A program made the translations under genes and the position numbers. The notes under the pieces are model-generated. The model was not told where the DNA came from, searched no databases, and was given only the letters and a program-made list of their open reading frames with translations. A stretch of DNA of 61,005 nt, taken from Patescibacteria group bacterium (GTDB lineage: Bacteria; Patescibacteriota; Minisyncoccia; Phycocordibacterales; JANLHH01). Where the stretch lies: assembly GCA_038063375.1 (NCBI GenBank), contig JBBTVG010000003.1:9060-70064 (forward strand), read 5' to 3'. Positions 1-7,785 of this stretch are shown piece after piece. How positions within the stretch are numbered: position 1 is the first letter of the stretch; every line of letters begins with the position of its first letter.

Positions 1-2
1 TT

Positions 3-233
3 GTAGCTATGGCGAACACCGGCGACAACTCTGCTGATGGAAGTTCCGGCGGCGAGGGAGGCAATGGCGGTGACATTGACAACAACGGTGACGATGTTGA
101 CGACAGTACAACCGGTTCCGGCGGAACAGGCGGTCAGGGAGGTCCTGGCGCGTTGATCCAAACGGGTCATGCAAACGCAAACGCAGGTGTGATCAACGTT
201 ATCAATCGCAACCTGACACGCATTCTGCGCTAA
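3..233 (+). CDS. C-terminal fragment of a secreted Gly/Asn-rich repeat protein (5' end lies outside the window)
   Basis: The frame is open to the window edge. It ends ...ANTGDNSADG...IQTGHANANAGVINVINRNL, the same TG-x-A-x-A-x-A-x-V-x-N-V-x-N unit that is repeated in ORF 900-3827. Confidence 0.5.
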   Translation, partial: VAMANTGDNSADGSSGGEGGNGGDIDNNGDDVDDSTTGSGGTGGQGGPGALIQTGHANANAGVINVINRNLTRILR

Positions 234-318
234 CAAATACATAGGACGGTCCTGTGTGTTTAAAGAAGGTGTGGGAAAGGGCTCTTTCAAGAGTGTTTTC
301 CCGCCTTCTACTAAGGTC

Positions 319-347
319 TTGATTAAATTGCACTTGTGTTGTATAAG
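319..347 (+). promoter_or_regulatory. sigma70-like promoter TTGATT-N17-TATAAG
   Basis: Hexamers at 319-324 and 342-347 with a 17-nt spacer, about 30 nt upstream of the ORF at 377, which has a GAGGG ribosome-binding site. Confidence 0.45.
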
Positions 348-376
348 GAGCTCATTGAGATCTTAGAGAGGGAACT

Positions 377-883
377 ATGAACAAGGCACATAAAAAAGTG
401 AACATAGTGTGCGGCGCGCTCGGGGTGCTCCTTCTCATGCCCATGTTCTCTGTTACGGCGGCTACGAACTCGATTACCAACACGGTTTCCAGTTCTGCTG
501 GAAGCGGGGGCAACAGCGCAGAGGGGGGTGAAGTAGTGGAAGGAACAACGTCGGCTAACGTGTTCATTAAAACGGTCGTAGACGGTAAGGTCATGGAGTT
601 CATCAACGAACACACCGATAACGCCGGGGAAGGAAAAGAGTTTAATACATTTTACAAAGACGAGACGGTGGAAGTAACCACAAAAGGGGAAGCCGGAGCA
701 AATAATCCTAATCTTGAACCGGGAGGGGGTGCGCTCACGGGGGAAATAATTAACAATACGGAAGAGAATACACCGAATGAAGTAGTGGATGAATCGGTCG
801 GAATATTCACGGAAACAAAATTTTCCTTCATCAAGTTTTTCTCACAAATGATGGCTTATGTATTCAATATATTCACAAAATAA
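377..883 (+). CDS. secreted hypothetical protein, related to the neighbouring repeat proteins
   Basis: N-terminal signal peptide MNKAHKKVNIVCGALGVLLLMPMFSVTAA. The GGNSAEGG...TSANVFIKT segment resembles the repeat unit of ORF 900-3827. Confidence 0.6.
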   Translation: MNKAHKKVNIVCGALGVLLLMPMFSVTAATNSITNTVSSSAGSGGNSAEGGEVVEGTTSANVFIKTVVDGKVMEFINEHTDNAGEGKEFNTFYKDETVEVTTKGEAGANNPNLEPGGGALTGEIINNTEENTPNEVVDESVGIFTETKFSFIKFFSQMMAYVFNIFTK

Positions 884-899
884 AGTAACCAAATTGACG

Positions 900-3827
900 A
901 TGCGATTCGTCGGCTTCTTGGTGCTTATCCCTCTCTCGTTCGGCAGTTTGACCGGTGTCGCGTTCGCAGAAACTTTAGGAGACGACACTGCATCTTCCAC
1001 ACCTGCGTCACTGAACACAGAGGGTAGCGCTGGCGACAGCGGTACTCCGGCCGAAGAAGGCGCGTTTATTAAAACAGGCGACGCGGGTGCGGGAGCAAAC
1101 GTAGGAAATACTGCAAATACGAACATAACTGATACAACGGGAAACGCCTCATCCACGCCGGAGATGACAGAAGGCGACACCGCGTCTTCCACGCCGGAGC
1201 TGTTGACCACAGAAGAAGAAGCGACGACCACCGCCTCAACAACCGTAACGAATACCAATGAAGCGACCACTACGAACACGGTAAGCGCGAGCGCCGCTAC
1301 GGGTGACAATAGCGCGGAAGGAGGCGGAGACTCGGTGATAGATACAGGCGATGCGTTTGCCTACGCGAATATCATCAATGTGGTCAACACGAATATTTTA
1401 AATTCAAACGGTTTCCTATTCTTTCTCAATAGTTTGTTTGGCAACGGTACCCTTGATCTGAACGACTATTTCAGCTTCTTTGAAAACGGCGGGGGAGAAG
1501 GATCACCATGTACACTGGAATCCTGCGAAGGGGGAGGAGCGACACTGAATGTCAAAAATGACAACAATGCGACAATCACCAACACTGTTATCGTTCGGTC
1601 AACGACTGGCGGCAACAACGCGACCAGCACAAGTGGCTCTGCCAACATCTATACCGGTGACGCGTACGCCGCAGCGAATGTGTTCAATCTCGCGAACACG
1701 AATATCACGAACTCAAATTATCTTTTATTTGCGTTCAATAATTTCGGCGATTACGACGGTGATGTTCTGCTTCCCGGAGAGAATTTCTTTTCTCATCTTC
1801 TGGGCGCGAACGGCTCCTCGCCTTCCGGTGGTGATGTTACGGTACACAATACGAATGAAGCTACTGTTGAAAATAGCGTGAACGCGGAGGCAAATACGGG
1901 AGAAAACAGCGCGAACAACACCGGCACGAGCAGTGCATTTATACAAACCGGCAACGCGTACGCGGGCTCAAATGTAGCCAATGTCGTTAATACCAATCTC
2001 TTTGGCGGCAGTACGGTTATCATGATGTTCCGAATCTATGGAAATTGGTCGGGAAGCGTCTTTGGTACGCCACCGGGGATCTCGTGGGCCGAAACACCCT
2101 ACGGCGTCCAATTATTCAACACACCGGAAGAGACAGACGGCGCGCCAGCGGAAAATTCCGACGGCACTCTAGGCGGGTCGCTTCATGTAGAAAACAACAA
2201 TACGGCGCTTATAAAAAACAACGTGCAAGTGTACGCACTCACGGGAGAAAACAAAGCGTATACGGAAAACGGTCAGGCGGCAATACGGACAGGTAATGCG
2301 TACGCGGGAGCAAATGTCGCCAATGTTGTTAATACTAATATAGTTGGGAAGAACTTGATGTTCCTGTTCTTCAATATCTTTGGCAATTGGCGCGGTAACA
2401 TTTCATTCGGACAACCGGATCTGTTGACCGTAGGGTCAGCACATTCGGAAGCAAGCTCCATCGGTCCCGGTTCGGATATTACCTATAACTTTACGGTTTC
2501 CAACTTGGGCAGCGCCCGCGCGACAAACGTGAAATTAAAGAACATCTTTGACGACACGTTCCTCTCCTTTGACGAGCATGACAGCGTGTTCCCCGAGGGT
2601 ATCACCTGGAACATCGGGAATATTCCGGCCAACGGAAGTGTGAATGTGTCGTATATGGCGCATGTCGGCAGTGATATTCCCTACGGAGAAACACTGCTTC
2701 GCGCGAGCGTGACCGCCACTCTTAACGAAACTGACAGTGATCCGTCAAACAACACGGAAGTGATTGACGTCATGGCGCTGCGAAGCAATCCTTCTTCCGG
2801 AAACAACAACAGCGGCGGTACAGGCGTTTCTTATACCCCTGATCCGGTATTGAAAATTACAAAAACATCCAATGCAAGTTCAACGGTTGCTATTACCGCC
2901 TCAAGCACCGTTGACTACACAATCGTAGTCAACAACGAAGGCGGAATGGCATACCACGCAGTATTGGTTGATACGATTACCGACGAAGCCGAAAAAATCA
3001 TCCATGAAGAATACTGGGAACTTGGCGAGATATTACCCAATGAGGAAATCACCGTCACTTATACGGTTGTCTTCAACGCAAGTACAACACCGGGAGTGTA
3101 TAAAAATCATGCCCAGGTGCTTTCTATCGGCAGGCATCCTTCCGTTAATCCATTCTACGGCTATTTTGCAGATTCAGCCGTTGTGACGAGCGATGTAATA
3201 ATTGTGGGCAACGAAGTGATATCTGCCCCGGAGTTAGCACCCGCACCTACCTGCGAGCCGTATCTGCGCGGATTTATCCGCACCGGCGCCAACAATGACC
3301 CGGCGGAAGTCACGAAACTCCAGCAATTCCTGAAAACGTATGAAGGGTTTACCGACCTTGCGGTAACGGGAACGTACAATAGCGCGACGCTCGCGGCGGT
3401 AAAAGCACTCCAGAGCAAGTACCGCGATGACATTTTGGGTCCATGGGGACTTGAACGCAACACGGGGTTTGTGTATTTCACTACGAAGAAAAAGATCAAC
3501 GAACTCTATTGCGCCGGACAAGCAGAGTTTGCGCTTAGTCTGGAAGAACAGCTGGAAGTGAACGCGTTCAAGGCGCTCATCGGGAGATTGAAGACACAAG
3601 TGAACGAATTGCCGGAATTTACCCAAGTGGGCGTGGTGAATGCGGCAAACGAGGGAATTGCCGCCGTGGAAACACCGGAGAGCGGTACAGAAAATAACGG
3701 CAACAGTCTTGTCGCGGGAGCGATTGAGTCGCTCCGCGGAGATGCCAACAAGGCTCTCCGCTCGGTTACCGACGCGGTAAAGAACGGTGTTGGAAGAATG
3801 GTTTCGTGGCTTCTATTCAATTTCTAG
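900..3827 (+). CDS. large secreted surface protein with a TG-D/N-A-Y-A...NTN tandem repeat region, two DUF11-like Ig repeats and a peptidoglycan-binding domain
   Basis: The ATG at 900 gives the signal peptide MRFVGFLVLIPLSFGSLTGVAFA, so the track start at 858 is probably too early. Other elements are a Thr/Ser-rich linker, repeats at aa 70-518 of the track ORF, DUF11-like SDITYNFTVSNLG and VDYTIVVNNEGG segments, and a PG_binding_1-like PAEVTKLQQFLK...TGTYNSATLAAVKALQ segment (nt 3252-3512). Confidence 0.8.
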   Translation: MRFVGFLVLIPLSFGSLTGVAFAETLGDDTASSTPASLNTEGSAGDSGTPAEEGAFIKTGDAGAGANVGNTANTNITDTTGNASSTPEMTEGDTASSTPELLTTEEEATTTASTTVTNTNEATTTNTVSASAATGDNSAEGGGDSVIDTGDAFAYANIINVVNTNILNSNGFLFFLNSLFGNGTLDLNDYFSFFENGGGEGSPCTLESCEGGGATLNVKNDNNATITNTVIVRSTTGGNNATSTSGSANIYTGDAYAAANVFNLANTNITNSNYLLFAFNNFGDYDGDVLLPGENFFSHLLGANGSSPSGGDVTVHNTNEATVENSVNAEANTGENSANNTGTSSAFIQTGNAYAGSNVANVVNTNLFGGSTVIMMFRIYGNWSGSVFGTPPGISWAETPYGVQLFNTPEETDGAPAENSDGTLGGSLHVENNNTALIKNNVQVYALTGENKAYTENGQAAIRTGNAYAGANVANVVNTNIVGKNLMFLFFNIFGNWRGNISFGQPDLLTVGSAHSEASSIGPGSDITYNFTVSNLGSARATNVKLKNIFDDTFLSFDEHDSVFPEGITWNIGNIPANGSVNVSYMAHVGSDIPYGETLLRASVTATLNETDSDPSNNTEVIDVMALRSNPSSGNNNSGGTGVSYTPDPVLKITKTSNASSTVAITASSTVDYTIVVNNEGGMAYHAVLVDTITDEAEKIIHEEYWELGEILPNEEITVTYTVVFNASTTPGVYKNHAQVLSIGRHPSVNPFYGYFADSAVVTSDVIIVGNEVISAPELAPAPTCEPYLRGFIRTGANNDPAEVTKLQQFLKTYEGFTDLAVTGTYNSATLAAVKALQSKYRDDILGPWGLERNTGFVYFTTKKKINELYCAGQAEFALSLEEQLEVNAFKALIGRLKTQVNELPEFTQVGVVNAANEGIAAVETPESGTENNGNSLVAGAIESLRGDANKALRSVTDAVKNGVGRMVSWLLFNF
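1065..2411 (+). repeat. protein-level tandem repeats inside ORF 900-3827
   Basis: Four full units plus one partial unit of [AN]TG[DE]N.A...G....I.TG[DN]A[YF]A.AN[VI].N[VL][VA]NTN[IL]. Each is followed by a hydrophobic block (FLFFLNSLFG, LLFAFNNFG, IMMFRIYGNWSG, MFLFFNIFGNWRG). Confidence 0.7.
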
Positions 3828-3884
3828 CCACAAACAATAAAAAGGTCGGACTTATTAATTATAAGCATTAAAAGAAATAAAAAT

Positions 3885-4493
3885 ATGAAAAAATATATTA
3901 TGAAAATTCCTACACTTATCCTTACTCTGGCGATCCTCATTACTCCGACATTTGTGTTTGCAGCACCAACAACATGCGCGGTCATTGGTGATGGCACTAT
4001 TACTGATTCAGTCGGTAACCCAATAACAACCGGTTATGATGAATTCGGTTATAATTATCAAGCGCACATGTTCAACGGGACATACGACAGCTCAGATAGA
4101 AATATTGACGGAACATATTGGGGTTCAACCGGTGATTACGTTGACGATTCATTGATGATGAAGTGGAGCGATGCGTGGCTTAGCAATAAGGATTGCAATA
4201 ATGACGGCAAGTTAGATCGCGGATTGGTAAATGGAGCGGTATCCGGAACAAGCATGGGATGGTTAACCAATCAAAATGAGGGCGATTATGATTCCGACGG
4301 AAACGGCTCGCAGGATGCTCACTACACTTATTTCACAAAGATAGTCTGGACGGGGCCCGGAAGCTCACTTTGGGGACAGTATACTACTATCCAAGAGGTT
4401 TATAACGATCCGGTAGGAGGGTTCAACGGCCTTCTCACTAAAATCGGAACTCCAGGATTTGGTCTTAACGATCAGTGGACAATGCTTCCGTAA
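3885..4493 (+). CDS. secreted hypothetical protein
   Basis: Signal peptide MKKYIMKIPTLILTLAILITPTFVFA, followed by a strong terminator. I recognise no family. Confidence 0.65.
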   Translation: MKKYIMKIPTLILTLAILITPTFVFAAPTTCAVIGDGTITDSVGNPITTGYDEFGYNYQAHMFNGTYDSSDRNIDGTYWGSTGDYVDDSLMMKWSDAWLSNKDCNNDGKLDRGLVNGAVSGTSMGWLTNQNEGDYDSDGNGSQDAHYTYFTKIVWTGPGSSLWGQYTTIQEVYNDPVGGFNGLLTKIGTPGFGLNDQWTMLP

Positions 4494-4498
4494 ACATA

Positions 4499-4530
4499 CA
4501 AAGACGCCTTCATGAAGGCGTCTTTGTTTT
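4499..4530 (+). terminator. rho-independent terminator
   Basis: AAAGACGCC / GGCGTCTTT stem followed by GTTTT, immediately after the stop codon at 4491-4493. Confidence 0.75.
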
Positions 4531-4536
4531 CGTCAG

Positions 4537-4567
4537 TTAACCACAGCTTATCTACACTTTATCCACT
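4537..4567 (+). promoter_or_regulatory. three DnaA-box-like 9-mers in 11-bp phase
   Basis: TTAACCACA (4537), TTATCTACA (4548) and TTATCCACT (4559). Each is one mismatch from TTATCCACA, and they are separated by exactly 2 bp. Confidence 0.3.
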
Positions 4568-4775
4568 TTTTTTGCAATAGAATTTGCTGAAAAATGCATA
4601 GCTCACAACATACTTTGTTTTTGTGAGGATGGATAACGCAAATAAGCGTGGTAGAGAGTGATATAGCTTCTGCGTCATATACTTGCGATACTTTGATTAA
4701 CAAGAGTACGAGATGTGGTCTGACATCTCGGCACTAATTATTATTTATTAGTTTATTAATTATTTGTTAATTCGT

Positions 4776-5630
4776 ATGAAAAAAATATTACTAAGTTTAA
4801 GTGCAATCGCTTTTGCGGGAGTTATTGTAGCGGGCGCCACTGGCGCATTCTTCCAGGATACGGAAACTTCAACGGGCAATACGTTTGCGGCTGGAGCAAT
4901 TGATTTGAAAGTAGACAATGAGAGCTATTATAACTCTCAAGTTTCAACAAGTACTTCTTGGCAACTTACAGACTTGACCATTGAGAAATTTTTTAATTTC
5001 TCTGATGTAAAGCCGGGTGATGACGGAGAAGACACGATCAGTCTTCATGTCAATAACAATGATTCGTGGCTTTGCGCGGATGTAACTCTTACCAGCAACG
5101 ACGACAACGGCATTACAGAGCCGGAAGGTGAAGATGGTGATGTTACTGATGGTCCCGGAAACGGAGAATTGGCAAATCACATTGAATTCATGTGGTGGGC
5201 TGATGATGGAGACAATGTATTTGAGTCGGATGAGGCAACTCTTCCTGGAACGGGAGGTACTCTTGGCGCTTTGAGTCTTAACGCGACAACGAGTGTGACA
5301 TTAGCAGACGCAAGCTTCAATGTTTGGAGTGCTACGAGTAGCGACCCTGTTCCAGGAGATGGATCAACTCGCTATATCGCAAAAGCATGGTGTTTTGGTG
5401 ATATTGGGCAAGCTGCGCTTCCTCAAAACAGTCCTACAGGTGACTGGAGCCCGGCGACGAACAACAATGGGGATGGAGTTATTGACGAACTTGATGGCGG
5501 ATTCAGTTGCAGTGGCGCTTCAAGTCTCAACAATGTTACTCAAACCGACAGCTTGACTGCCAACATTGGTTTCTATGCCGTGCAAAGCAGAAACAATGCC
5601 GGTTTTCTTTGCAGTCAGAGAGATCTCTAG
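4776..5630 (+). CDS. TasA/camelysin-like secreted protein with a SipW-type signal peptide (paralog 1)
   Basis: MKKILLSLSAIAFAGVIVAGATGAFFQDTETSTGNTFAAGAIDLKVDNES matches the Bacillus TasA/CalY N-terminal signature. The ATG at 4776 is preferred over the TTG at 4764. Confidence 0.75.
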   Translation: MKKILLSLSAIAFAGVIVAGATGAFFQDTETSTGNTFAAGAIDLKVDNESYYNSQVSTSTSWQLTDLTIEKFFNFSDVKPGDDGEDTISLHVNNNDSWLCADVTLTSNDDNGITEPEGEDGDVTDGPGNGELANHIEFMWWADDGDNVFESDEATLPGTGGTLGALSLNATTSVTLADASFNVWSATSSDPVPGDGSTRYIAKAWCFGDIGQAALPQNSPTGDWSPATNNNGDGVIDELDGGFSCSGASSLNNVTQTDSLTANIGFYAVQSRNNAGFLCSQRDL

Positions 5631-5709
5631 TAGGTTTATCAATTAATACGTCAAATCTAAGTTTCGAGTTTGAGGGGAATTTCTTGATATTTAGGAGCGG
5701 CATAAACCT

Positions 5710-7092
5710 ATGAAAAAAATTCTGTTAAGTCTTGGAATGATGCTCGCGGTGATCGCGGTAGTTACCGTGGGTACCGGCGCGTTTCTTTCGGATACCGAAG
5801 TTTCTGCCGACAATACGTTCACGGCGGGAGAAATTGACCTGAAGGTAGATAACGAAAGTTACTACAACGGGGCGGTTTCAACTTCGACGACATGGCTTGC
5901 TTCGGATCTCGTCAACGGCCTGCTCTTCTTCAATTTCACCGACCTTAAGCCGGATGATGAAGGAGAGGACACCATTTCGCTTCACGCAGGCACGAATGAC
6001 GCGTACGCATGTATGGACATCTCGCTTACTTCGGATGACGACCGCTCTTCAAACGAACCCGAACTTGGGGCCGGCGACGTAGCGGAGGATATCAACGATA
6101 CATGGGACGGCGAGCTTGCCGACAATCTCCAAATGTTCTGGTGGGCCGATGATGGTGATAACGTCTTTGAAGACGACGAGAATTCCATTTCCGGCGGCGT
6201 TAAAACACTTACGGAACTCGCGACAACCTCAACCTTCTCTGTTGCCCTTGCCGATTCATTAAACAACATCTGGACGAACGCGCCCGGACCAATTCCCGGA
6301 AATGAGACGCGCTACATTGGAAAAGCATGGTGCTTTGGAACATTAACTCTTGACCCGGTAGCAGCCGGACAGGGGGTTGATCCGACCGTAAACCCGGGTG
6401 TTGACTGCGATGGAACGACGCTTAATAACCTGACACAGACCGATGGAGCAACGCTTGATATTGCTTTCAGAGCAATTCAGGCCAGGAATAATCCTAATTT
6501 CCTCTGCAGTGGGCAGGAAACCCGCACGGCCGAGCTCACCGTCGTTAAGATAATTACAAACGATAACGGCGGAAACAACGTTATTGCCGATTTCCAGCTT
6601 CAAGTTGTGGGGACGGTGGTAACCAATGTGACGAGTGGCGCAACGACAACGTTTGCGGCGGATAATTACATAATCACGGAGACAGGTATCTCTGGTTATG
6701 TCGCTTCGTTTAGCGGCGATTGTGATGCTTCAGGTCAAATCACCCTTAATCCGGGCGATGCCAAAACCTGCACGATCACGAACAACGACCTTCCGGGAAA
6801 TATTACTCTTATTAAGAGCGTAATTAACAATAACGGCGGAATCAAACAACCGGTTCAGTTTCCACTCCTTGTTGACGGTAGCTTGGTGCAGAACAACACA
6901 GCAACTTCAACCCTCGCGAATATAGCTCATACCATTAATGAAACACAGCAATCAGGATACACATTTATCTCAATGTTAGGCGTGTCTAACTATGGGCAAT
7001 CATGTCCGGCAGTGCTTGGAGGTTCAATCACTCTTGCTGAAGGCGAAGCCATTACCTGCACCATCACGAACGACGATAATCCGCCTCTGTAA
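5710..7092 (+). CDS. TasA/camelysin-like secreted protein (paralog 2) with two extra C-terminal Ig-like repeats
   Basis: The N-terminus GTGAFLSDTEVSADNTFTAGEIDLKVDNES is collinear with paralog 1 up to RNNPNFLCSG. From nt 6526 there are two repeats of about 90 aa (VVKIITNDNGG...CTITNND and LIKSVINNNGG...CTITNDD). Confidence 0.75.
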   Translation: MKKILLSLGMMLAVIAVVTVGTGAFLSDTEVSADNTFTAGEIDLKVDNESYYNGAVSTSTTWLASDLVNGLLFFNFTDLKPDDEGEDTISLHAGTNDAYACMDISLTSDDDRSSNEPELGAGDVAEDINDTWDGELADNLQMFWWADDGDNVFEDDENSISGGVKTLTELATTSTFSVALADSLNNIWTNAPGPIPGNETRYIGKAWCFGTLTLDPVAAGQGVDPTVNPGVDCDGTTLNNLTQTDGATLDIAFRAIQARNNPNFLCSGQETRTAELTVVKIITNDNGGNNVIADFQLQVVGTVVTNVTSGATTTFAADNYIITETGISGYVASFSGDCDASGQITLNPGDAKTCTITNNDLPGNITLIKSVINNNGGIKQPVQFPLLVDGSLVQNNTATSTLANIAHTINETQQSGYTFISMLGVSNYGQSCPAVLGGSITLAEGEAITCTITNDDNPPL

Positions 7093-7167
7093 ATTTCGCC
7101 GCGGATATAATGCCTCTCGCCCAACTCCACATTCTTATGAGTGGGGTTCTAGATTGAGGCATGAATA

Positions 7168-7228
7168 GTCGCACCACACGGGCACTTCTTGTTTTCTAAG
7201 TCGCTTCGCGCCTAAGAAAACAATGTCG
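7168..7228 (+). promoter_or_regulatory. 61-nt conserved leader element, copy A, containing an imperfect hairpin and abutting the sipW-like start
   Basis: GTCGCACCACACGGGCACTTCTTGTTTTCTAAGTCGCTTCGCGCCTAAGAAAACAATGTCG. It is 57/61 identical to the reverse complement of 10899-10959. The TTGTTTTCTAAG / CTAAGAAAACAA arms pair at 11 of 12 positions. Confidence 0.7.
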
Positions 7229-7768
7229 CGCTCTTCATATATGGTAACAAAAATTGTATCGTACCTATTCGGAGCAATGGTGGTGATTATCACGGCACTT
7301 TTAATCGCTTCAGTCTTTCCTATCGCGGGCAACTTCAAGATACTCATTGTTCAATCCGGTTCTATGGAGCCGGCGATCAATACCGGAGGCATTGTCGTGG
7401 TGAAGCCCGTGTCTCAATATAGTGTGGGAGACGTGATCACTTTCGGTCCCGTATCAAAAACGAAAGCGCCCACCACCCACCGTATCGTTGATATACGATT
7501 TCAAAACGGAAATCCCGTGTATGTGACGAAGGGCGACGCGAACGAGGATACAGACACGCAAGAGGTATTGGCGAGACATGTGATCGGAAAAGTGCTTTTT
7601 GATATTCCCTTTTTGGGATATGTACTCGCGGCGGCGAAAACGCCCATCGGATTCGTGGTTTTGATCGTCATCCCCGCGGGACTCGTCGCGATTGACGAAG
7701 TGTACAAAATATATAGAGAGGTAAGAAGGATGAGGGGTAAAGCAAGAGAAAACGGGAAGAGGGCATAA
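7223..7768 (+). CDS. signal peptidase I, ER/archaeal type (SipW-like)
   Basis: Motifs QSGSMEPAINTGG (catalytic Ser), TTHRIVDI (His) and KGDANEDTD, with N- and C-terminal TM helices. The start may instead be Met-7 at 7241. Confidence 0.8.
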   Translation: MSRSSYMVTKIVSYLFGAMVVIITALLIASVFPIAGNFKILIVQSGSMEPAINTGGIVVVKPVSQYSVGDVITFGPVSKTKAPTTHRIVDIRFQNGNPVYVTKGDANEDTDTQEVLARHVIGKVLFDIPFLGYVLAAAKTPIGFVVLIVIPAGLVAIDEVYKIYREVRRMRGKARENGKRA

Positions 7769-7785
7769 ACAGTAAATATATTTGT

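Noticed and set aside
239-252. ACATAGGACGGTCC occurs 6-8 nt after the stop codons of ORF 3-233 and of rplU (53806-53819).
   Set aside because: Several exact 14-mer recurrences are expected by chance in a 61-kb window when both strands are considered. The flanks diverge and no convincing RNA hairpin forms, so the evidence is insufficient for a feature.
842-3820. Numerous 60-155-aa ORFs antisense to or overlapping ORF 900-3827 (for example 842-1309 on the minus strand, 1549-1881, 3161-3499 on the minus strand, and 3506-3820 on the minus strand).
   Set aside because: They lie entirely inside a long ORF with clear domain content. They have low-complexity mirror-frame compositions, no ribosome-binding sites and no motifs. 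The same reasoning applies to the antisense ORFs inside ychF, leuS, dnaB, cysS, the GT genes and others.
4537-4775. Calling the DnaA-box-like cluster plus AT-rich tract the chromosomal origin (oriC).
   Set aside because: There is no dnaA or dnaN nearby, no switch in gene orientation and no perfect DnaA box. GC skew cannot be evaluated by eye. It is kept only as a lower-confidence regulatory observation.
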